From Eukaryota sp. TZLM1-RC (lineage: Eukaryota > Protista > Metamonada: BaSk clade), in contig JAUPSS010000007.1 of NCBI GenBank assembly GCA_040285825.1, forward strand, positions 520,501 through 584,500: a stretch of DNA of 64,000 nucleotides. The letters are read 5' to 3'. Shown here in pieces: positions 11,657-21,888 of the stretch. The notes under the pieces were generated by a model that was given only the letters and a program-made list of their open reading frames with translations, did not search any database and had not been told where the DNA came from. Position 1 is the stretch's first letter, and every line of letters starts with the position of its first letter. A program made the position numbers and the translations under genes.

Positions 11657-13766
11657 GCAATTTTGGACGAACTTATGAATTTTGCTGAACTTGTATTGTG
11701 CTAAACTTGTACTGAAATCGTCTAAACTTGTACCATATCAACTGAGATGCTTAACAGCAACTGAAACTACTAGAACGCTTTAGATTGTTTCTGTTGACAT
11801 GCTCTTGTAAAGTTTGCGGTTCTTGGGGCAAGCTTTTTTCTTATGATCGATTTCGCCGCATGGACCACAAAAAGCGTACACGTTGCCCTTTTGTGCCACA
11901 CTTCCTACATTTTCTTCCCCTCTTTCTACCAGCTGAAGATTGATGTTCGTCTCCGCTTCTTCGGTGTCGAGGTTTAGGATTCTTTTGGAAAAGACTGAGT
12001 CGTCAATAACTCTGTGACACTGATGTCCGATTCTTACCTGTTGGGCTGGAGAGGTTTGCTGGTATATTTTGAGCAACTCTTCTACATGTTTGAGAGTTTG
12101 ATTCGTCGTGACGTTGGCTGTTGTTGACCACCACTGTTTATAGAAGCCTTTCAAGTTTAACTGACCACCAATGTCCATCAATTTTATTGACTTCATGCGC
12201 ACAAGGAAGACCAAATACTTTTTCCGTTTTTGCAGTACAAGTCTTATCTCTGACGTCGCTGATTATCACTTCATAAACTTGGTGTTAGGCATATTCGGAC
12301 ACTGTTCCAACAACTGATTTAAGCACAGTGTTTTTAGCATGCAAGGAGTTCAGAAATAGCTTCCTTTGCTCTAAATGGAGATCAAAAGTTTCGACTTTTA
12401 TTTTCACCAGGTCTTGAATATCTCTCATTGAGCTTAGCAAGTCATGTTTGCCATGAAGCGATTTCGTTTGAGCTCCACATGATTTGATTCAACACAAGAT
12501 GCAGTGTAGCAGTACAAATGAGCGAAATGATCTGTGTAGCAATGTAAAAATTCAGTTCAAATTAGTATTAAGCTCCGTTCGTTGTAATTAACAGCTTTTT
12601 GAAATAAGTCGTTGCTCCACAAATCAAATTCTTGTAAGTAATTAGAAAATCGTTCAATAAAAGAGTCATGGATCTTTCGGATGACATGTCAACGACTTCC
12701 CCGAAATTACTTGAAAATTTTCCAAATAAATGGCCATTCTTTGCACTTTTGAATTCCTTTAAATTTTTTTCAAGGTGCCAGCCCAAGGTTATTTTAGGAA
12801 TTCTTTTAGAATTGAGAAATATGGTTGAAACTGCACTGACGATGGCATTCTCTCTATCAGTCACAATTAGTTTAGGTTCAACAGTAGCAACTGTTTTGAA
12901 ATTTGTAAGGGCCCATGTATAATATTCCTCTTCTTCTTGTCCAAGGAAAAATACTCTTGTTGTCAATGTCTCGAAGAAGCAAATAAAATCAACGATTACT
13001 AACAGTGATATGTGAAACTGGTTTCCTATGTACATTCATCAAAAAAATATTATCAAATCGTTTCGACAAACGTTTAAAATCCTTCAAAATAATTAACAAA
13101 GCATCAACCCTATTTGTTGTCCCATTTTTAATAGAGATGTGGTTTACTTCTAAAAAAATGTGTTGGCATTAATTGGACTACTGTCCTTGATCACAGTTGT
13201 TTGCTCCCGATATGTAATATTTGAAATATCTTTAGCAGTCACCCAAGTGTTAGGATAATGTTTTTTCAGTGCCAAGGCTGCTTGTTTGGGTGGTAAGCTT
13301 GCAAGAAGAGGCGAATTGCTTCTTGCTTCGGAAAAAAGACACCGGATCTGTTGCAATGCTTTCTTTATTTTCACTAGATGGTGATTGTGCAAAAGATGTA
13401 CACGTCTGACAGTCCATTTGTTTCCATCATAACGACAAAAAATCATCCACTTGCAGCCCCCTCGCCAAAGATTTCTTGTTTCGCTTTATTTCAACCGAAT
13501 TTGTAGTCGGAGTAGCCGAACCGAAACAACGGAAATAAACGGAACCACCGGGTTTATGAGCATATACATGAAAGGCAAAGCCTTCATCACTGCTCCATCT
13601 TTTCCAAGAATTCAACAGGGTCGTGAAGGAACTACTTGTTTCTGAAAAATCGTTATCATCTACTGCAGCTCCATTCTCTTCATGATTTTGTATCAAATGA
13701 AAAAGTACAAGTTCAGTCAAAAGAACAAGATTAGCAAAAAAGCTGGTACAAGATTAGCAAAATCCC
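11657..13766 (-). mobile_element. Degraded Mutator/MULE element (FAR1-like transposase) with inverted subterminal repeats
   Basis: FAR1-type WTVRRVHLLHNHHL, MULE core EPKLIVTDRENAIVSAV...WHLEKNL, and Zn knuckle CGPCGEIDHKKKACP. Motif ttgct(g/a)aacttgtac occurs three times at 11680-11734 and three times inverted at 13705-13763. Confidence 0.85.
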
Positions 13767-13999
13767 AAATACATACCATCTTAAATCTCAAAAGCAATCT
13801 TTTGTTGAGTTCTGCCCAGAGTCTGCTCTCGAAGATTCCAGAGTCTGACAGAATTGTAGGCTGAATAGAAATTATTCAAAATATACAAATTTATCCTTTA
13901 CACCAGGATTTGCAGCTCAAGTTGACCGTATTTTTTTATTTTTTTTATTTTCTATGACAAAACATACGGTAAATAGCAAGTTCTCTTAGTCGTCTAAAA

Positions 14000-16021
14000 T
14001 GCTCAACATTGAGTTACTTCCAAGAACCATATGTTCTTCGGGATGACAATACCATCCGTGTAATTATCAGAAAGAGAAAGCAAAGTAACTATTTCAGATA
14101 AGAAGGGGACGATCAAATGGATTGCATATTCTACGACAGTGACTGTGATCAAAAAAAATCACAGCTATACCCAATAAAATTCAAGTCCACATGTACCTGG
14201 ATCTTACTATATCCAATATGTCTGAAAACCCGAAACTCAAGCCTTCAGTGGGCAATAGGTTTTAGCAAAGACATCCTACAAGAGCTTATTAGACAAAAAG
14301 GTTCGGATAAAAAACCGAGTGTCAAATATACAAAATTCGAGGCAACTCGCATCAATCCTGTCTACATCAAAAAAGAAAGAAAGACTGTCCAGAAGATACA
14401 CCTTATGTCGTCAAAATCCTGATTCAACATACCTGTGATGCACTTGCTGTTGAAACTAAAGCTCCAAGACCTACGATTTCCTTTCATGCAAGTCATTCTC
14501 GAGTGAAAGATAGAATAAAGACAAAACCATTTTTAGCAACTTCCGAACTCTTGCCTTTATTGGACGAGATAGCTCATATAAAGCTCTCTGAAAGAGTAGC
14601 AGTTAAAGTTCGAGCTAAAGCTCGAGAGATTGTCTTTGGTACTCACAAAACAAACTACGCACGGCTTTATTCTCTTATACTCCGTATTCAACAGTGTAAC
14701 CCTGGTTGTCTTTGTGTGTTGGAGAAAAAAGCAGACAATACTTTCCAACGTATGTTTATTGCTTTTGGTGGATTTTCACATGGGAGTCAGTTCTGTCGTC
14801 CACTCATTCAAATTGATGGAACCCATTTGAAAACAAAGCATAAATATGTGATTTTATGAGCAACAATGATCGACGCTCAGCGTTAGCTGTTCCCAATTGA
14901 AATATCTATAGTCTCTGGAGAAAATTACGACAAAATGGAGATGGTTTCTTTGTGAGCTCAAGAATTGTATCAAAACAGAAGTAACAACCATTATATCTGT
15001 ACGATCTATTTTTTCCGATCTATTTCCGATCTATTTTTTCCTGGTGCGTTTCAAAGCCGCCATTTGACCAAGAACCATAGGCGTTAAGTATACAAGTGTT
15101 TTGTGGCAAGCAAGGGCAGAAACAGAAACTAAATTAAAACATCCAACTTAATCGAGTCTCTTAATACATAGCTCCTTGTTGCCAGAGGCTTGCCTGTAAT
15201 TGCAATGATCCATTCTATCATGTATAATCTAAATCGATGGTTTAAAGTTCGATATCAAGGTGAAATCAGATCTGCAGAAAGCTATTCTAGATAATGTTTG
15301 GGATAAATTGAAGGATGAAGTTGTAGAATGTAGCAAGCTAAAGACGAGAACAATAAGAAGAAATGACAACATCTTCGCCCAAGTAGAGGAAGCTCAGAAA
15401 AGGTACACAGTGAATTTTAGGGAGCGTTTATGTTTCTGTGGAAAATGGCAACGCTTTGGCATTCCACGTAGACATGCTGTCGCTGCTTTGGAAAAACTGA
15501 ACCAACCAGTGTTAAATGGAGTTGATTCTCACTAAATTAAAGAAACTTAACTAAGAACTGATGAGAACTTTATTGATGCTGTAGAGATTCAAGATTTGAA
15601 TGAAGACAATATGCTGCCTCCAACTTACAAAAAAGGCTCGTGGAAGACCACCAACAAAAAGACTGCAGTCTGTTGAGGGAAGAAAGAAAAAGGTAAAGGT
15701 AACAAATGATGGTGATGTAAGTGAGGTTGACAAAGACATGTGAAATGAGTCTATCATTAACATAAGTACAATTCATGATGTTTTTGACGAGTCCTCAAGT
15801 TCTAAAGAAGATTATGGAAGTGAAACTGAGCTGGACGAGGACTCAGACGCTTAGTGGAATAAATTAACCGCTGAATTGGTGTACATTTAGATTGCTTTAT
15901 AAAGATATGTTCGATTGTTGCAACTTGGGCACATGCATGTGCAACCAAAATTGATGAGTATGTAGAAACTGGACACAAGTGGGGCAAAAATTGACAAAAT
16001 GGGCATAAGTGAACTTGTCCC
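14000..16021 (+). mobile_element. Degraded MuDR-type Mutator element
   Basis: FQRMFIAF...CRPLIQIDGTHLKTK (first catalytic D), SWIM finger CFCGKWQRFGIPRRH, AT-hook-like ARGRPPTKR and an acidic tail. Putative terminus ...cttgtccc near 16021; ends are approximate. Confidence 0.85.
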
Positions 16022-16144
16022 ATATAAAGATAAACAGAAATTACTATGTGTTTCATTCTCGATAAATATTCTAAAAAATCTGTTCCCCCATTTTTGATAT
16101 TTCCCAATTAATTTCCGACTTCATGGGTTTTTCTTTTTCTCATT

Positions 16145-17225
16145 ATGGATGGCTGTGATGTCTTATCTTTGAAAAATCATGCCAGTCCAGACACAAAAAC
16201 AAGGGCCATGAGCTGCCTTCTTCATCATGGAGTCCAACAGTCTAAAATTGCACTGTTCTATCAGGTCAGTCAATCCAACATCAGTAGGTGGAAGCATGAG
16301 TTGATGTCGAATCCTGATGAAGTTGGTGTTTGTCAAAGAACTAGTCGCATCTTTACAAAAGCACAAATAAACATCTTAGTTGCCTATGTTATTGACTACC
16401 CCCATCAATATCTTCTAGAACATCAAATATGTTCATATACAATATGTTTATATCACAATTGAATGTTGATGTTTCTAAATCCACAATTTCTCGAATAATC
16501 ATTCAAAACGGCTTAAGCCACAAGCATTGTGTACCTCTGATGTACTAAGCACGATTCAGTCTGGTATCCTCTTTTGCCTATAAGATTCAGTCTTACTTCG
16601 GTCTTATTCTTTTGCCACAATTACTCTTTATCGATCAACTGTCATTTTCTCCCCAACATTTCCAACGACAGTATGGGTATTCACCAGTAGGATCACTTGT
16701 TCCTGCTAAGCAAGCTCCACAGATAAATGGAAGTGTAAGTTTATTAGTAGCCATTGATGTCAATGAATATGTCTACATTATATGAAAAAAGTGCATTATT
16801 CCAGATTACAATACATGTCATTTCTGGAAGATCTGATTACCGGTGTCTTCGTACAGGATAATGATGGACTTAGGTCTCGATGGGTCCTCGATGGACGTGC
16901 CATTCATAGAGCCCCAGCTCTAGAAACGGCACTTGTGCACCAATGTGGTATCAAATACGTGATTGTGCCTCCTTATACACCCGAACACAATCCTATTAAA
17001 AGTTTTTTTAAACAACTTCGGAACAGGGTTGTTGCAGAATCACATCATAGGCCACCTAAAACTCTTGCTAATACTATTCAAATATTGCATTCAGTGCTGT
17101 TAAACATGAAGTTTGATTGTAAACCTATCTTTGACAGGTCGGGATGGTATCATTGGGAATATTTCAAGTCCCCATATTTAAATAGTGAACGTTTTGTCAG
17201 TCAAGCAGTATTTTCGAGAGACTAA
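16145..17225 (+). pseudogene. IS630/Tc1-like DDE transposase, copy 1 (disrupted)
   Basis: HTH QSKIALFYQVSQSNISRW, then LLFIDQLSF, and VLDGRAIH...PPYTPEHNPIK (D-35-E position changed to K). C-terminal FDRSGW...SPYL is shared with 61790-62887. Confidence 0.9.
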
Positions 17226-17360
17226 TAAATACAAAGTTAAAAATCTATTGTTTTTTAAAAATCTATTTTATTTCAATTATTAGAATCAACATTTAATGTT
17301 GATTAATTAATGTTGTTATGTTGTCATTTAAGACCTCTTACATCTATTTCAACTATAACG

Positions 17361-18184
17361 TTAACTTGGCATAGATGATCCTTCATGAGGATCAGCACGA
17401 TCTTCAAGCTTTTGAAATAACCTTTTGGCAGCATTTCCAAAACTGATGATCGATGATGGACGCTTCCTGGAAGTCACCATAAAAGTGGCTAAGCGACGAA
17501 ATAGGTCTTGACGCTGATGAAACTCAAAATCATTGCATTCTCTAGTCATTTTGACCATCTCTGATGACAGAAACTGTGCAATAAAATCGTCTTCTTCCAA
17601 AATATCTTCAACAAGTATGGATTTTGTTGTTGTTGAAAACAAAGCTTCGATTTCTGCTGGAAGTCTTGTGGGCTCTGACTTGCCTTTGGAGCAGAGTTCG
17701 GCCCACCTATCCCATACAGCAGCAGCTGCAATGAGACCTGGGTTAGAGTCTTTAAGATTTTCCGGAGTCACAGCGAGTAGTGTATGTTGAGCCAATTCCT
17801 TCTCCTTCTCTTCGTAGTCTTTTTTGTTAATGTTAGAAGCGAACACCTTTCGTAAAATGTAGTGACAATATCATTGGCATGTGCTAACCAGGTCCTTAGT
17901 TTTGCAGGGTTTTCCATCCAATGCCTGCTTTTCTGAGAGCACTCGTAAGTGAAATTTGAGTCTGGGTGTACATACTTCTTCTTCCTCTTTGCTGTTTCGA
18001 TATAATCTTGCTGTAAAAGTGCATTCAGTTTTGAAACTAACTGAAAGTTATCAGCGATGTTAGTGAGATTGAACTACAGTAATCTTGAACTGGTGTTCAA
18101 GATGGGTTTACCGCCTTTAATCCCGTGATAAACTACAATGATTTGTGCTTGATCCGGAGTTGCAGGGGTTCAGATAAAAAACAT
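17361..18184 (-). pseudogene. Uncharacterised partner gene convergent with transposase copy 1 (about 270 codons, 2 stops and 1 frameshift)
   Basis: Manual translation from ATG 18184: MFFI*TPATPDQAQIIVVYHGIKGGKPILN...NKKDYEEKEKE...AVWDRWAELCSKGKSEPTRLPAEIEALF. Similar to 62999-63483 and 20460-21083. Confidence 0.7.
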
Positions 18185-18258
18185 CAAGTGCGAAAGTGTG
18201 AAATTGTTGGGAAATTGTCGGGAATTTGCATTTTGATTGAGACGCACAGTAGGAGAAA

Positions 18259-18792
18259 TACTATTTTCCCTCAATAATTTGTGTTCACAAACAGATGACG
18301 TCATCGCGACGGTGACTTCATTACACGTCACAAATTGAATTTGAAGTTCAAATTAATATTGAACTTCGAATTGTTCTCATCGTTCTTCTTCCACCTCCTG
18401 ATGTGAACCCCGTCAAAACACATCATTCTTGGTGGGAAACTGTTCGAAGTCAGTCAACACCCGAATCCTTTCTTCTCTTCTCACATTTGTGTTTTAACAG
18501 GTGTTGATGCGCTCCCACTGTCTCCTGGAGAAAAAAATCCTAAAGATCCAAAACTTCTCTGCTGCCACTGTAGCCACAGCTTTGATGGTTCGTATACCAG
18601 AATCGTCGAGCATATTACTGATGGTGGTGTTATTAGATGTTGTCCTAATCCACCTCTTTCTCTGTTCAATTCCCTGGTTCATGTTGCCAAAAGAAGAAGA
18701 AATCCCTTTCACTAAGACCTAACAGACTTACCTTGGTGACGCATGACGCGTCACAGTGACCATGACGTCGCGTGCAACTCCAGAAAATAGTA
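18259..18792. mobile_element. MITE-like element with TA-flanked inverted ends, carrying a BED zinc-finger ORF
   Basis: tactattttc (18259-18268) and gaaaatagta (18783-18792). Both arms show gacgtcat-N7-gtgac-N9/10-gtcac in inverted order. Internal + frame 18503-18715 reads CCHCSHSFDGSYTRIVEHITDGGVIRCCP. Confidence 0.6.
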
Positions 18793-18936
18793 ATGTTCAT
18801 CATTTTTTTGAATTAATTGAGTTTATTAATTTCTTTTAACTGGAATCATCATTTTTCCTTCTGTGATTTTCATTCAAAATGCATATTGTCTCTACTCTTT
18901 CCGCAATAAATTCGCATCTTCAGTTTCCTTTTTTCC

Positions 18937-19510
18937 ATGGATAACCCTCTTGTCACACCTGACAATAACTCACATCCTTCACCTAATGCCATTTGCTCAA
19001 TGGCGTTTCCTGATGAGGCAGCAGCAATTCTTGAGTACGAAAGTACTCCTTCATTCACAGCTACTGGAAACACTATGTCTGTCATGGTGAGAGATGTGAG
19101 CTCTTCCCTTATATACGTGTGGTTAAATTGGAGAGAAAATACAGTTACATTTTGATCGCCCTAAGGATGTTTGCTCAATATTCTTAAAACCTCTATTTAC
19201 ATGGCTTGTTCTGTCATCTTGAGGAAACTAATGTTCTTCTTAAAACGGACTCAATTGTCGCATTCCACTTTATGAGTGGTCAAAACAAATCTTCGGAGCT
19301 TTCAGTCTCAACAGTCGCCAATTGGATCAAAAATGATCTAATCCGCGTTAAAGTTGAAGTATCCAACATAACAACGAAGCACTACAGAACATTTATTCAT
19401 TCCCTAAAAGTCACTAATCTCAAAATTTGGACAGCATCAGAGCTAATGTCTGCGAACCCACATCTTTCATGTTGTACTGAGTTTTTCAACTTTGGACCAA
19501 TAGACCTACA
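18937..19510 (+). pseudogene. Degenerate tyrosine-recombinase-like ORF
   Basis: LSVSTVANWIKNDLIRVKVEVSNITTKHYRT...ELMSANPHLSCCTEFFNFGPI resembles the C-terminal part of DIRS/phage-integrase tyrosine recombinases (S.xTIxxWIK...FTAHSTR...TFxxFYNxPI). Frameshifted near 19150-19210. Confidence 0.45.
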
Positions 19511-19912
19511 TCCAAAAAACACATCAATTGGATTCATCTCGGGACAATTCGGGGAAAGTATTCTATATTATACATCTGTACGTCGCATTGCTTCGTAAAT
19601 AAATGGATGTTTATGTATTTTACAACCATCTAAAAAATTATTGAGGTCTGCCTTCTGTTGTTCTTAGTAAACCTTGACACAATAAATCCTTCAAAAAGTC
19701 TATGAAGAGAGATCTTGAAAAGTACCCTTTTCTGTTGTGACAAAGAAGGTAACCATCAACTGTGATGGCTACAACAAAACCAACAAGTCCATCTTCAAAT
19801 TGGGACTGTATCAAAACATCCTCTTCACCACATGGGGATCGACTGTACTTCCTTGGAAAATCTTCAACACAAAAACTCACTTCATCCATAAATACTAATT
19901 GTACTGTTACAG
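19510..19912 (-). pseudogene. Catalytic (DDE) half of IS630/Tc1-like transposase copy 2, inverted
   Basis: QLVFMDEVSF...VAITVDG...DFLKDLL, then after a frameshift SIIFLDGCKIHKHPFIYEAMRRTDV*YRILSPNCPEMNPIDVFFG (34 residues between the second D and the third acidic residue). Confidence 0.85.
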
Positions 19913-19946
19913 TTCACAACCTCCCTCCTCTCACACAGCCCCATCA

Positions 19947-20458
19947 ATGCCATACACTTTCGATCTTCTTTTATCCCATGGCAATCTTCCTTCTCTACGT
20001 AATGTACTTATTTCTATGGAAAAGTTTCAATCATCAGCTCTCTCGTCCTTTAGATATTATACTACTGAAGATACTGGAGTGAGGGCACTTTATACAGTGT
20101 TTTTCCTTGGTCGAACCCAAACCGAAGTTGGTCAACTGTTTTGGGTTCACCAAACGACAATTTCGAAGTGGGTACATGATCTTTTTGAACCCCACAATAA
20201 ATCAACAGTTTCAAAATGTGTTTTGACAGACGCAGGAGGTGAATTTCTGAACCATTTATTGAACCCCCGTTTTTTTTGTTTAAGAGTGATTAAGACTATT
20301 TTGAAAATTCATTCAAATAAACAAGTATCGGTTTCAACCATATATAGATTTTTGGTAGAGAAAAGAAATTTCACCGGCGAAAAGCCGCGCATGGTTGTGC
20401 AAAAAAACCAAAGCAGAACTCATTCACAGTTTTTCCAACTACTTTCGTCGTAATCTTG
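19947..20458 (+). pseudogene. N-terminal (HTH) half of IS630/Tc1-like transposase copy 2
   Basis: MPYTFDLLLS...TEDTGVRALYTVFFLGRTQTEVGQLFWVHQTTISKW...VSVSTIYRFL aligns with the 61790 protein. Ends AELIHSFSNYFRRNL versus KELIHNFELSFRRLF. Confidence 0.88.
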
Positions 20459-20459
20459 A

Positions 20460-21083
20460 AGAAGGGAATAGCATCGGCACTGGCATTACCTTGAGCTATC
20501 CTAGTTGTTGAAGTAAGCCAATGTTCGTTATAGGCCTTATATTTTGGTCACCATTTCCTAAACGCTGCTTCAGAGATTTTTTTGGTTTTTTGTGTTCTTT
20601 TTCTTGTGAAAACTTTTCATTATTTTCAGTAGTCACATTATCAACAATTATTTTGATCGCAATAACCGCCTGGTCAGTCTTCGGTGCTGCAAACTTTCTT
20701 TGAAAGAGTTTGACATCAGCACAAGATTTCTAATTAGTCACACTCATAAAGTGAAACGTTGGGACAGATTTGTCGTGTAGGACTATATTGTTCTCAATAC
20801 AATACTGCTTAAATCGTTGAATAAGCAGTTCCTTGAAGAGATGGGGCTCAACCTCTTCGGGAGAAGAGTAGAATATAGACTATTGCTCGTTGAAGGTCGG
20901 TTTCCGAGCGTTTGAATGGGGTGCATAAGTAACATCTACGACAGCTGAGGTCGCACCAGCGAACTTTTGCAGTGAAAAAAAGTAGTGTTTTGGGAGTACT
21001 TTTTGGAGACAATATGGGTGCTTTGGGGAACACTACGGGTATCTAGCTGTCTGGGGAGACGAAAAAAGCTTTTTAGACGTCAT
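20460..21083 (-). pseudogene. Uncharacterised partner gene convergent with transposase copy 2 (3' truncated)
   Basis: Manual translation: ...FAGATSAVVDVTY...RKPTFNE...NNEKFSQEKE / EAAFRKW*...LTSTTRIAQGNASADAIPFF. The last block matches SITRIPESIIPFL of 62999-63352. Confidence 0.55.
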
Positions 21084-21888
21084 TGATTTGGGTTTGAGTG
21101 AAATGAAAATTAAGGACCTGGGGTGCAAAGCACAGTATGCGCTCCACAATAAAACCGCAGTTACAAATTTGTTTTTCTTCCCCCTGGCATCAAAGTACTT
21201 TCTCCATTATTATTGTTCCAAACCTCCCTTTTCATGGTCCAGGCCATCTCAATGCTTTCTTAGCCATTATATAATACTGCTCTGCGTTGTCTCCCTCCTT
21301 TTTGTTGACTTTACTGTTGACTCCACTCTTTACATCATCCCTTGAAACATCTGTTTGGAGACAAATTGGTTCAATTCTCACAAAAATTTTGTTTCTTGTT
21401 CAATTTGACTTGACTATCAGCAGATGTTGACATTTCTCTTTTCATGAAAAGCTTGCTGTCGCCTTTAAATCGCTCTTGGAGCTTCTCAAACGGCCGCTTA
21501 ATAATGAAAATAGAAAGCTTGTGATCTCTTTTTTGAAAATTTCGTCAGTTGTTCTTGAAATAGAACCCTCACTCTTTGTATTGGATGTGGTTGATGGTAC
21601 AAAAAATTGTATGTGTGATAAAAAGCCCGCTGTAGAATTCTAAACGAATCTCGGAGCTTCTCAGACGGCCGCTTAGTAATGTCAACCATGTACTTTTTTG
21701 CTTTGCACTGGTTGTTCAATTTCCTTTTGAAGTATTGGCTACAGGTAGTGGAGTCGTTGGATAAAGTAGTTTTGAATTGTTGCAATAACGAGTTCATTTA
21801 ATAATACAAATTCCAAGACTTTAAAAAAATTTAAAAATCATCAGAAAAATTCTTCCTCCCTTCTTAGACAGGCTAAACTCCTACTTCC

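Noticed and set aside
21200-21800. Decayed minus-strand coding-like sequence next to partner gene copy 2
   Set aside because: Multiple stops and no recognisable motif, so it cannot be assigned.
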